A stretch of 56,402 bases of DNA from Octopus bimaculoides (taxonomy: Eukaryota): assembly GCF_001194135.2 (NCBI RefSeq), contig NC_069001.1:11363884-11420285 (forward strand), written 5' to 3'. Below the pieces are notes generated by a model that was given only the letters and a program-made list of their open reading frames with translations, was not told the DNA's origin and ran no database searches. Made by a program: the position numbers and the translations under genes. Positions 36,167 through 48,147 of the stretch are shown one piece after another; positions within the stretch are counted from its first letter, which is position 1; each line of letters opens with the position of its first letter.

Positions 36167-36445
36167 GTATATATATNNNNNNNNNNNNNNNNNNNNNNNN
36201 NNNNNNNNNNNNNNNNNNNNNNNNNNNNNNNNNNNNNNNNNNNNNNNNNNNNNNNNNNNNNNNNNNNNNNNNNNNNNNNNNNNNNNNNNNNNNNNNNNNN
36301 NNNNNNNNNNNNNNNNNNNNNNNNNNNNNNNNNNNNNNNNNNNNNNNNNNNNNNNNNNNNNNNNNNNNNNNNNNNNNNNNNNNNNNNNNNNNNNNNNNNN
36401 NNNNNNNNNNNNNNNNNNNNNNNNNATATATATATATATATATAC

Positions 36446-36570
36446 CTGTAAAAATATGTGACACTTATTCGGTAGCCATGATAAAACTCCGAGTTTCGGA
36501 TGCCGGGGTGGGAACCCACGCCGACATCTCTTCAGTTATCCGACCGAATAAGCGTCACATATTTTAACAG
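36446..36570 (-). ncRNA. Type I hammerhead ribozyme with extended helix I
   Basis: Minus RNA: GAUAA-CUGAAGA-GAUGUCGG..GUGG(GUUC)CCAC..CCGGCAUC-C-GAAA-CU(CGG)AG-UU^UUAUC; outer 28-bp hairpin 36446-36473 with 36543-36570. Confidence 0.88.
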
Positions 36571-36630
36571 ATAAATTCCTCTATTTACTTAATATCGAGG
36601 TCTCTTTCTTTCTTTTGTTGTCCTTTCTTT

Positions 36631-36666
<36 letters not shown>

Positions 36667-36744
36667 GTGTGTGTGTGTATCACCATACTACTAAAAATCG
36701 CTTCCCGTTATTTTAATTTACTAAATAACATTCATGATTGTTTC

Positions 36745-36952
36745 AAGGAGACGAACCGCCAGAATCGTTAGCACGCTGGATAAGATGCTAAGCGACATTC
36801 CGTCCGTCTTTAAGTTCCGAGTTCAAATTCCACCGGGGCCGACTTCTCCTTTTATCCTTTCGGTGTCGATAAAATAATACCAGTTGAGTACTAGAGCCTA
36901 TGTAACCAACTGAAACCCTACCCCGAAATTGCTATCCTCGTGCCAAAATTTT
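36745..36952 (+). mobile_element. Nin/Deu-like SINE, tail-2
   Basis: CAGAATCGTTAGCACG...GAGTTCAAATTCC...TCCTTTCGGTGTCGATAAAATAATACCAG...GTGCCAAAATTT. Confidence 0.85.
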
Positions 36953-37239
36953 TAATTTACATTTCCTTTGCTTCTATTTATATCTACTCGTTCTATTTTA
37001 CTAAAAGTAGACGTTATATTTTGTATGTCTGTGTACACAATATTTTTCTATAAAGCGATAAATTAATGTCTTAAATTTTAGATTTTCCACTATTCCAGAT
37101 ATGCTGTTGTAAGAGCTACAAACTGTCAATATACTTAAGCATTTCGGATATTGTTTCGTGAATATATGCAACCTTGCTATGGTGTTCTTGTATTCATCAA
37201 GGGCTGTTTTATATACGATATGCATACCTCTATGTTTTA

Positions 37240-37394
37240 TGGAAGCACAATGGCCCAGTGGTCAGGGCAGCGGACTCGCGGTCATAGGATCTGTGGAGTG
37301 CGTAGCCACTTGCACGTTAATTTCACGAGCAGGCTGTTCCGTTGATCGGATCAACTGGAACCCTCGACGTCGTAAGCGACAGAGTGCCAACAAC
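37240..37394 (+). mobile_element. SINE head-1 fused directly to the end of tail-X (internal deletion)
   Basis: ...GGTCATAGGAT|CTGTGGAGTG... junction at 37290/37291. Confidence 0.88.
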
Positions 37395-38319
37395 TAGAAA
37401 TACATTATCCAATAAGACCTTCTGATTACCAAGAGAGTGACTTCGGATGAAATTTAAGCAGATCACGTTACCACGAAGTTCTTTTTGTTGTCTTGGTATC
37501 CTGGCTTATATTATTGAGCAACACAGTATACATAAACGTACAGTTTCGTCTCTCATAGCGCAGAGGGCATTTATCCTTGATCAAAATGAACCTGACTCGG
37601 TCAGAGAGCGTTGTAAACACAAAATTTTCAATTTCCCAAGGAGAAATCTGTGTAAAGTTGTTTATTTGTGTTAATTAATTCACTTCATTAACGCCATTAA
37701 TATCCTTGAGAAATTCAATAACATCACACAAGCTCGTTCTACTTCCATCTATTGATTTTTGTTCCTCTTGCACTTAGATTTAAGATCAAAGATGGCTGAG
37801 GGAAATGGTTCGTAGAAACAATCCGAAGGGACAGCATTTCGGATCATCCAAACACTGAATGTAACCGAGGGATTTAACTCAAATTATTCAGTTCTACAAT
37901 TTGTAATTACGAGGGGTAATACAGCAGTAAGGCTGTAAAACTGCTTTTTATAATCAGTTAATTGTAACTTGAGAAAATGTTGGACAGCGTTTGTTTTATA
38001 GAGTAAACAAGGCAGACAACTCATTTATGAATACTTCTGATTATAAAACACAAGTAAAATACTTGTTTGTCTGAGCATAGATAGATCCATGCCGGAAGGT
38101 AGCTTACATATATTCATATTAGTGTTGAATTCCCAAACACTGTCTCTTTCGAATCCATTGCACCATATTAAAACGTGGATATTCTCTTCCTTCTGATAAG
38201 GTCATTTGTTTAGTTAAGTAAAAGTAGGAAGAAAGCTTTTTGAGATGGAATGGGTATGTCCTTCAGGGACAATGCAGTTCTTTCGATCAGTGACGTTTAT
38301 ATTTATGACTTTTTGGCGT

Positions 38320-38405
38320 TTGTATATATGTACATATATATATATATATACATACATACACACATATATCTATAGCTATATCTATCTATCTCTGTGTATA
38401 TATAC

Positions 38406-38436
<31 letters not shown>

Positions 38437-38530
38437 TATGTATGTATATATATATATATATATATAAATGTCTATACATACATACACACATATGTATAGC
38501 TATATCTATCTATCTATCTCTGTGTATATA

Positions 38531-38571
<41 letters not shown>

Positions 38572-38600
38572 GCCTATATATATGTAGAAATACATACACA

Positions 38601-38697
<97 letters not shown>

Positions 38698-38700
38698 GCA
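38320..38700. repeat. (TA)n/(CA)n compound microsatellite
   Basis: Direct inspection. Confidence 0.95.
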
Positions 38701-39376
38701 TACATGTGTGTATGTGTATAGGTGTGTGTGTTATATTCATACTGTTTATCTGTTTATGGTCGTATAGGTTATATGCCTGGCTTTCTATTTGTGCGTACGT
38801 TTGCGTATTTACAGCTATTTAAAAAAATAAAAATTTTTATCGTGAAATATATATTGTTGACCTTTGGTTAATACCATCCAACCATTAGTAAAATGACTTG
38901 GTCAATATTAATGAAAGCAGCGGTACAAATATTTAAAATGATAACTTTGCCATATCATTATCTACATAAATATTTCTTATCATTTTCCTCTTACACTTTT
39001 TCACCATCCTTTTTTTGTTACCTTCCACCGCTACTCCTCATCACATCATTCACTTTCTCCTTAACTTTATCATCATCGTTTCCTTCATCACTGCAACAGC
39101 AACAAACATACATTACAAAATCAATAGAGATCGGAAACATTCATAGAATATCATCGTCAATAAACATTACTATATTTAACATAATACTTTAGAATGACCC
39201 AGTCATATAGCCAAGAACAAAAAAATAACATTGAAAACATTGTCAACATTATATTTCTCATTACTTGACACAAATAAGTATTTCTCGTATTATCACAAGG
39301 CCAAAATAATTTGCGTCTGCATCTCTGATGAAGGGATATTTTACCCTGCACATAATTTATTTTTTTTTATGTTAAT

Positions 39377-39764
39377 GTTGTTGTTGGCACTCCGTCGCTT
39401 ACGACGTCGAGGGTTCCAGTTGATCCGATCAACGGAACAGCCTGCACGTGATATTAACGTTCAAGTGGCTGAGCACTCCACAGACATATGTACCCTTAAC
39501 GTAGTTCTCGGGGATATTCAGCGTGACACAGTGTGTCAAGGCTGACCCTTTGGATTACAGGCACAACAGAAACAGGAAGTAAGAGTGAGAGAAAGTTGTG
39601 GTGAAAGAGTACAGCAGGGTTCGCCACCATCCCCTGTCGGAGCCTCGTGGAGCTTTTAGGTGTTTTCACTCAATAAACACTCACAACGCCCGGTCTGGAA
39701 ATCGAAACCGCAATCCTATGATCGCGAGTCCGCTGCCCTAACCACTGGGCCATGGCGCCTCCAC
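39377..39764 (-). mobile_element. SINE head-1 + tail-X, full length
   Basis: Reverse complement of the 14055 copy; probable TSD TTTATG(T/G)TAAT at 39366-39376 and 39765-39775. Confidence 0.95.
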
Positions 39765-40090
39765 TTTATGGTAATACTAAAGAGCTTTTCATTTTAATTT
39801 TTTATCTGTCATCTAGGAATAACAAGAATAATATGGGCAAAAATCACAAAACGTAGCTGGATGATGTTCTATTGATGCTCAATAGAATGATAGCTTTTGT
39901 AGGGCAAACGCTATTTTCTAGTGCTAGTCTCCATATGTGTGACACTGAACTTTCTCAGTACTTACAGAAATGTAATATAAGCTCCTTCCTCAAGTATGTC
40001 AACAGTTTTCAAATTAACAGTGTCCGATATATGCACTTCGGTTAGAAATAACGCAACATTAATACTATATAAATATGTGTTTGTATGCAT

Positions 40091-40144
<54 letters not shown>

Positions 40145-40154
40145 NNNNNNNNNN

Positions 40155-40236
<82 letters not shown>

Positions 40237-40339
40237 ATATATGAATGCGTGTAGTATGTATATAGTTATCAATGTCTAAATGAAATTTGAGAAAAGTCAG
40301 TGTTCTTTTCGATTATTTAAAGTGGTCAATATTAGAGAA

Positions 40340-40558
40340 GGCGGACGCGGGAGCAGGTAAAGTAGTTAGCACACCAGGAAATATGCTTAGAGCTATTCCG
40401 TCCGTGTTTATGTTCTGAGTTCAAATACCTCCCAGATCGACTTTGCCTTTCATCTTTTGGAAAACGATAAAATAAGCACCAACTGAGTACTGGGGTCGAT
40501 GTAATCGACTTGTGCCCCTTCCCAGAAACTGCTTGCTTAGTAGCAAAATTTGAAACGT
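40340..40558 (+). mobile_element. Nin/Deu-like SINE, tail-2
   Basis: TSD ATATTAGAGAA at 40329-40339 and 40559-40569; B-box GAGTTCAAATACC. Confidence 0.85.
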
Positions 40559-40759
40559 ATATTAGAGAAAGTGAAGGCCACAAGACTCATAGTTTGACAG
40601 AACACATGATTCTCTTTCATAAGGATTCGAAGCTCTTGCTACGTTTAGAGATCCTGGAACCAGTCTATGCATATGATAAAAGGTTGTATTAGATCTATCC
40701 CTTGTAATTATATTTTAAACTTTTAATTTGGGGTTAGGGTGTGGATGGGTGCAGACATT

Positions 40760-41146
40760 TTGTTGTTGTTGTTGGCACTCCGTCACTTACGACGTCGAGG
40801 GTTCCACTCGATCTGATCAGCGGAACAACCTGCTCGTGAAATTAACGTGCAAGTGGCTGAGCACTCCACAGACACGTGTACCCTTAACGTAGTTCTCGGG
40901 GGAGATTCAGCGTGACACATTGTGACAACGCTGTCCCTATGAATTACAGGCACAACAGGAAGTAAGATTGAGAGAAAGTTGTGGTGAAAGAGTAGAGCAG
41001 GGTTCGCCACCATCCCCTGCCGGAGCCTCGTGGAGGTTTAGGTGTTTTCGCTCAATAAACACTCACAACGCCCGGTCTGGGAATCGAAACCGCGATTCTA
41101 TGACCGCGAGTCCACTGCCCTAACCACTGGGCCATTGCGCCTCCAC
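40760..41146 (-). mobile_element. SINE head-1 + tail-X, full length
   Basis: Reverse complement of the 14055 copy; probable TSD GTGC(A/T)GACAT at 40749-40758 and 41147-41156. Confidence 0.95.
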
Positions 41147-41705
41147 GTGCTGACATGAAAATAATGTTATTCGTTGAAGTACGTTTAAGAACAACAATAG
41201 ATACTTGAATGACGATGTGATTCAATTCTGGCATTCAATTTATTTTGACGACCAAGTAGACTGAGATTTGAACTTTTGACTACCGGCTTCTTTTAATATT
41301 GAGCTAAGTTTTGCCTGTTNNNNNNNNNNNNNNNNNNNNNNNNNNNNNNNNNNNNNNNNNNNNNNNNNNNNNNNNNNNNNNNNNNNNNNNNNNNNNNNNN
41401 NNNNNNNNNNNNNNNNNNNNNNNNNNNNNNNNNNNNNNNNNNNNNNNNNNNNNNNNNNNNNNNNNCAAGGAGTGGAGTTGGGGGCAGAAATGGCGAGAAA
41501 ATAAGCTTTATTGAGTAGAGGTTGCTGTAAGATTAAATTGAAGACAAAAGTTTAGCCTAGTTTAATGTAATTTTAAAACGGACATCTGTTGCAATACATA
41601 AAAGACAGCTAATTCCAAATATATGAGATTTCAATAAACACGATTTTAAACATATCTTATACAACCTTAAAAGATCTCTCTCTCTCTCTCTATCTCTCCG
41701 TGAGA

Positions 41706-41741
<36 letters not shown>

Positions 41742-41914
41742 TTGTATGTATGTCATTATTCAGTTTTATTTCGAGGCTTCTTGCCAACAGAGAAAGAATT
41801 AACAATAGAGTATTTTTGTATGTATGTATGTACGTACGTATCCATGCAGATTTGTATGTTTTATCTGATGTATATATTCTCATGCACATAGTTGCATATC
41901 TAGACATGCTCCTA

Positions 41915-42330
41915 TACACTTAAATGATAAACTTCTGCAGTTTTACAGATTTTTACAGTTGGATCAGTAGTCTTCGAATCAGTTTTCTCCTTTCTCGTTT
42001 TGAGAAGCCTAATCTTTCAAGATTAGGTATTTAGGCAGTGTCCCAATAATTCCAGGTATAAATCTGAACTTGTAATCTGGATAGAGTAACTGCAGATTTC
42101 TTAATAGGTCAGCGTAGGTAGTTTCTTTTTCAGTGAGCTTTTGTTTTATGTTAGCATCCTCTGGGCCGCTAATTTCCACAACTTTAAACAGTTTCTCTTC
42201 CCAATCTCAAATTACTATGTCAGGTCTGTTATGTTTACATTTTATTAAGATTTTCGCTGGGACATTCCACCAATGCTCCATTTGATTATGAGTAGCTATG
42301 GCTTCCACCATATTGTGGGTTCTTAGATCT
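41915..42330 (-). mobile_element. R4/Dong-like non-LTR relic, restriction-like endonuclease domain
   Basis: Minus strand HWWNVPAK..KCKHNRPDIVI*DWEEKLFKVVEISGPEDANI..YADLLRNLQLLYPDYKFRFIPGIIG (PD-D/ExK motif). Confidence 0.85.
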
Positions 42331-42351
42331 TTGTCCTCGTGTATGTATCCT

Positions 42352-42384
<33 letters not shown>

Positions 42385-42456
42385 ATGGATATATATATAT
42401 TACCACTTAAATGTGGATGTTTCGTTAGAACAAACAATATATATATACATACATAT

Positions 42457-42510
<54 letters not shown>

Positions 42511-43355
42511 TTCTCTCTATATATGTGTGTGTTTAAGTATACTGAATTATTCTGTTTTAACGCGAACGGAATATTAAACAAATGAACAAATAAATATGTA
42601 AATGAATAAATGAATAAATAAATAAATATAAAATTAAGTAATGGTAATAAATTGATAAAGGAACGTTAAGAGCAAGACTAGATGAGAATAAAAAAGGGAA
42701 CGGCAACGAATTGTTTGATGAAAGTATATTATTTCCTTTGTTATAGACATCGTTCAGTTATAGCGAAGAAAATATTATCACCGGAACAGACGGAGCATTC
42801 CAGACTATCAATAATATCCATCTTGCCAAACCTTTCAACTCTGTCCATCCCACATTACATTTATCGCCTCATCCTGATGTGCGTATTCGTGCTTATGTGT
42901 GTCTCTGTGCTTGCTGGCCTGTATATTTCTATGCCTGCGTGTGTACATTTGTATATATATATATTTGTCTTTTGTGTTTCGTTTTAGGATTGTATATTTT
43001 TTAGCTTTACTACTTCATATTTATTTTGTTAAAACTGTTTATTATTGTTCTTATGATAATATTTCCATTTTGTTTTACAGTAATGAAAATTATCAAAGTG
43101 GCTGAATATATTCCATTCTCATATTCTCAAGCTGTTTCTTTTTCTTGTTTCTTACTAACGTCAACCATTGCAGAATGACTCATGTGTTTTAAAGTTTCTC
43201 TGATATATAACAAAGAGCGAATACTCGAGAAATTGGCGACTCGCTGTCTGTTTATTTCTTTTTGCTTTTTTACTTCTGTAAAACAAAAATGTTTTTTTTT
43301 CTTCCCCTATTTACAGCTGAAATGAATGGGTATCGGTCGACGTTGTAGCATGCCG

Positions 43356-43550
43356 GGTGGGAATGGTCAGCGGTATTTCGTCTGCCGTTGCGTTCTGAGT
43401 TCAAATTCCGCCGAGGTCGACTTTGCCTTTCATCCTTTCGAGGTCGATTAAGTAAGTACAACTTACGCACTGGGGTTGATGCAATCGACTTAATCCCTTT
43501 GTCTTTCCTTCTTTATCCCCTTTGTATTTAGCCCCCTGTGGGCAATAAAG

Positions 43551-43552
<2 letters not shown>
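43356..43552 (+). mobile_element. Nin/Deu-like SINE, tail-1
   Basis: AGCGGTATTTCGTCTGCCG...GAGGTCGACTTTGCCTTTCATCCTTTCGAGG...GTGGGCAATAAAGAAATA. Confidence 0.9.
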
Positions 43553-43616
<64 letters not shown>

Positions 43617-43802
43617 TTGCCATCAGGTATACATTTATGCATATATTTATACATACATATATTCATTTACACACAGATATATATATACGCGTGCCATCAT
43701 GCATACATATATATCCATTTACACACAAATGTATCTATTCGCACATACATTTGCATATATACATTAGTGTAAATCGGTGTGTCGTTTAAATAATTTATGA
43801 CC

Positions 43803-43971
43803 TTCACAAGGCCCGAAATTTTGGGGGAGGGGACCAGTTGATTAGATCGACTCCAGTACACAGCTGGTACTTAATTTATCGACTCCGAAAGGATGTAAGC
43901 AAAGTCGACCTCGGCGGAATTTGAATTCAGAACGTTAAGACAAACGAAATACCGCTAAGCATGTCGCCTGG
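43803..43971 (-). mobile_element. Nin/Deu-like SINE, tail-2
   Basis: GGATGTAAGCAAAGTCGACCTCGGCGGAATTTGAATTCAGAACG. Confidence 0.9.
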
Positions 43972-44994
43972 GAAATAACCGGTTCTCTAGGAACTTTTAC
44001 GACAGCAGCAGCTCAGAAATTAGTCTCCCTCATCACGACCTGTCAGTCTGTGACTGTCACTTTAACGCGTAGGTACTAATTACTATTAAGTATTCTTCAC
44101 ATAAGTGGTCCTTATTAGGAAGAAAATCACGTGACTGATAGGCATAAACCCACCGAACATCATCCTACAGTTTCTGTCCCGTAACGAACTGTGAAGCATC
44201 TAGCTGTATACAACCTTTAATCGGACATACAAGGTATTCTTCTTACTTCGTGATACCCAATGAATGTCACTATATTTAGAAATTCATATAAAGATTTGCT
44301 TGATTATATGGCTAAAATGATTAAGCTATAAATACAGATTAGCGATTTAACTTCTAAGAAAATTATGTTACAGTAAATAAAACAGGATTAACGAAGATAC
44401 TTTCAATTCTACTCCTTCGTTCTATAAGCGATCATTAAAGCAATAGACTACGAACAAATACTATCAAGTGAAATATGTTTGAAAACTCAGTACGGCATAA
44501 AGATGTTAGTGGTAGATATGGCCTAAGCATTGCAGAGTAAACATTACGGACTAATTAACTATAACCAGAACGGCTAAATCGAAAGCTTTCAGAGCTGATG
44601 ACAGAGAAATCCATTTTCACGAAACTCGACACAGCCGCCGTGAATTTTAAATCGTATCAATGACGAGGTTAGAGTTTATAGCTATGTATGCAGAGAAATC
44701 AAATAACCAAACTATTTTTAGTATACTTCTATAAACTTACAGTTTCATAAATATTATATTAACATTATATTTTCTTGCTATCAAAACTGTAACTACGTAC
44801 ATTTTTACCTTTCAAACAAATATTTCTTTCAATAATAAAACAGTTTTGATAAATGTTCTATGAATCCCAGCTTTAGAATTTGACGGGAGCAGATTTGGAT
44901 AAGAAACAATTAAGCTGATCAATTAATATGATTCAGCTAACCGTTTTTTACTATATTTTCTGAGTTTAACTCACTAAATTATATTTCAAGTGTA

Positions 44995-45200
44995 CCTTGG
45001 CGTGTTTGTGTTTGTCCCCTAACCATCACTTGACAACCGATGCTGGAGTAAACACTCTAATATCGGTTGCAATTTAGCGGTTCGGCAAGAGAGTCCGATA
45101 GAATAAGTACTAAGCTAACAAAAAATAAGCCTTGGAGTTCACTTCTTGGAATAAAACCCTTTAATACGGTGCTCCAGCCAGGTAACTGAAACAAGTAGAA
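44995..45200 (+). mobile_element. CORE-like SINE 3' tail
   Basis: TTTGTCCCCTAACCATCACTTGACAACCGATGCTGG...TTAGCGGTTCGGCAAGAGAGTCCGATAGAATAAGTAC...ACTGAAACAAGTAGAAG. Confidence 0.85.
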
Positions 45201-45209
45201 GAATATATA

Positions 45210-45289
45210 TATAGAGAGAGGGAGAGAGAGAGAGAGAAAGAGAGGGAGAGAGAGAGAGAGAAAGAGAGGGAGACAGAGAGAAAGAGAGG

Positions 45290-45320
<31 letters not shown>

Positions 45321-45398
45321 NNNNNNNNNNNNNNNNNNNNNNNNNNNNNNNNNNNNNNNNNNNNNNNNNNNNNNNNNNNNNNNNNNNNNNNNNNNNNN

Positions 45399-45430
<32 letters not shown>

Positions 45431-45493
45431 GGAGAGAGAGAGAGAGAGAGAGAGGCAAGCAGGCAGGCAGGCAGGCAGACAGACAGACATACA

Positions 45494-45526
<33 letters not shown>

Positions 45527-45575
45527 ACAGACAGACAGATAGATAGATAGATAGATAGAGATAGACAGACAGACA
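45210..45575. repeat. (AG)n / (GGCA)n / (GACA)n / (GATA)n compound array with gap
   Basis: Direct inspection. Confidence 0.92.
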
Positions 45576-47929
45576 CGCACACATGTCAAAAGGAAGAGCA
45601 ACCGGAGCTTTGTAACACAACTCTCCCGTTACTGTCACAAGAATATGCTCAACATATTGCCTCAACATAAACGTTTCATCCGAAATAAATAGACGCCAAG
45701 CCTTAACGACTTAATCCTATTTTCTTCTACGTGCCACATCTTTTTAAATATTAACCTACCCTCTTCAAAATGGATAAATATACAGAGTAGACTATCACAG
45801 AAAATAATATACCAAGACATGAAATAGGACGGTTACGGCAAGAACACCAATGGAGCGACAATTCGAGATACACAGAAATATTTCTTCCACCACGTGTGCA
45901 CGTAGTTTGATAACGATTGCCATAGCGAATCTTCATGAAGAAGACTCTACAATGCATTACACAAAGTAACTTTAATTTGTATCCCACAAAAGCCACGACA
46001 CGTGCTGAAAAATACTCTTATATTGTTCTTCGGCTTTCAAACTATCAGCTGTGGTCTGGAAACTATTATTCATCCTGTGATACCGCCATATTGTATAGAA
46101 TTAGTAGCATCAATAACAACACTCGTCACTAAAATCCATATGACAATAACTACCTTAACACAAAGTGCAGTTTAAAAAAATATCTTTATGCAGTATTCCT
46201 CGAAAACCACTTTAAACACACATGCAAATACAAACACAGACTGATACACACATAAGCACACACACAGATACACATACACACACAAAAGTGTATAAAATTA
46301 TGTGATCTATCAAAACTTATATTACTTATAATTGTGCACCTTTCATAATCCCTTCACAAGAACATCTAGTAAAGTAGAAATAACCCAAATATAGCACTGT
46401 GTAGTATAGCAGATACTGCAGACATCAACAGACAACCTACACAACGAAACTGAAATAATAATAAATGAACGAAGCTTGGATATGTGACAGGGTCAGTTTG
46501 ATGCATCAGTAAGCACCAACCGCCTTACAATTTCAGAAATAATAATAGCAGAGACTCCATCGAAGAATATCTGAAGAAGGAATTGTATTCCGAAATATCA
46601 TTGGATTATAGATAACTTAATTACAACAGGTGTATCGTCCATTTTTGTATTATAGTGCATTGTTGTACCATTCAAAACTTTTCATTCCTTACAAACAATA
46701 CACAATGCTTCAAGCGAACTACAATACTCTCCTAAGTTATCAGACATTTATACAACTACCTACAACATTGCTGTAACCGCTTGATAAAAGTACACATTCC
46801 CGCTCGAAACAAAAAAAAAACACCACATACATAATGAAATAGATGCAACGGGAATTGCTCTTCTAATTCCAAATCTTATTCTGCGATTCAAACAACCATC
46901 GATAAATATAGAGGAACAGGTGTACATGACTGACCAATGGATAATGTGTAATATGTCCACATGTCGTACAGCACGTTATCCAACTTATTCACTACATGTC
47001 AGATTGTTTTGTATGGTTTCAGCCAGACAAAGACATGGTATAATTGAGAAGATTGATCTGTGATGCGTGCCTCTTTCTTCTACTCGATCAGACTACAGAC
47101 GGAGCAAAACAATAGCTGTGTTGAAAATAGACACGGATGTGCAAAAGCACCTTCAACTGACTTCCTCATAGCAATCCATACCAGACGCAGAATTTATGTC
47201 TCTACTAGCAGAAATATTTTAAATCTTAAATGGCTCTATGGATCATGCCTACGCATCCAGTAAGAAAATGATGCCAAGTTGGCGAGAACTTGGATATCTT
47301 TCCTTAGTTTCATATCAGATGAATGTTTCAAATATTTTAATATCATTATATTTCGATATTCTCTATCCTAATAGGAACACCATCCTACAGACGTTCAAGA
47401 TGAAATGTCATCCTAACAAATATTATCGTACTGAAACTATCTGAAGAAGACAAGAGCAACGTTTCCTCTTCTACAAAACAATGGCAAAGGAAAGAAGAAA
47501 CTATGACTGATATGTCAATTGATAATTTTGAATAGATTGCGTTGTGTTGCTTCATATCAATTTTAAAAGTCAATAAAATGTTACAAACTTCATTAAAATT
47601 AGATCTGTAATTTTTACCTTATGTGACACTTTGACGTAACTACACAAAACTTTAAGTCCTCATCCAGTATCCTCTTTTCAAATCAAAAGTTTTATTTGTT
47701 TGTTTTCAATCATCAGAGCATGTTCAAAAGACTATATTTATTTACGATAGAGTCAGGTGATGTGTCTTTCAGATGCAATGGGTAGCACAGCCATGTAGCA
47801 AGCAAAAAGTTTGAAGTTCGATTCCTATGACTTTCAATCAGTTCTCTTCGATCACTACTAAAAAAAAATACTTTATGATGTTTAACGGATATATACAGAT
47901 GTATGTATCATTAAAATTTCTTCATTACT

Positions 47930-48147
47930 AAAAGCAGCAAGCTAGAAGAATCGTTAGCACACTGGGAAAAATGTTTCGCGGCATTCCGTCCGCTTTAACG
48001 TTCTTGGCTCAAATTCCGCCGCGGCCCACTTTGCCTTTCATCCTTTATGGGTCGACAGAATAAGTACCAGCTGAGTACTGGTGTCGATGCTATCGACTTA
48101 TCCCATCCGCCGAACTTGCTGGCCTTGTGCCAAAATTTGAAACCAAT
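47930..48147 (+). mobile_element. Nin/Deu-like SINE, tail-2
   Basis: TSD ATTTCTTCATTACT at 47916-47929 and 48148-48161. Confidence 0.92.

Noticed and set aside
44198-44209. 12-nt match to part of miR-9 (ATCTAGCTGTAT)
   Set aside because: Seed region absent and no hairpin
44595-44627. CTGATGA...GAAACTC
   Set aside because: Weak helix II; no helix I or III partners
47050-47450. Possible Penelope RT relic (IPDAEFMSLL...)
   Set aside because: No clear catalytic motifs recoverable by eye
47441-47480. CTGAAGA followed by a hairpin
   Set aside because: No GAAA box after the hairpin
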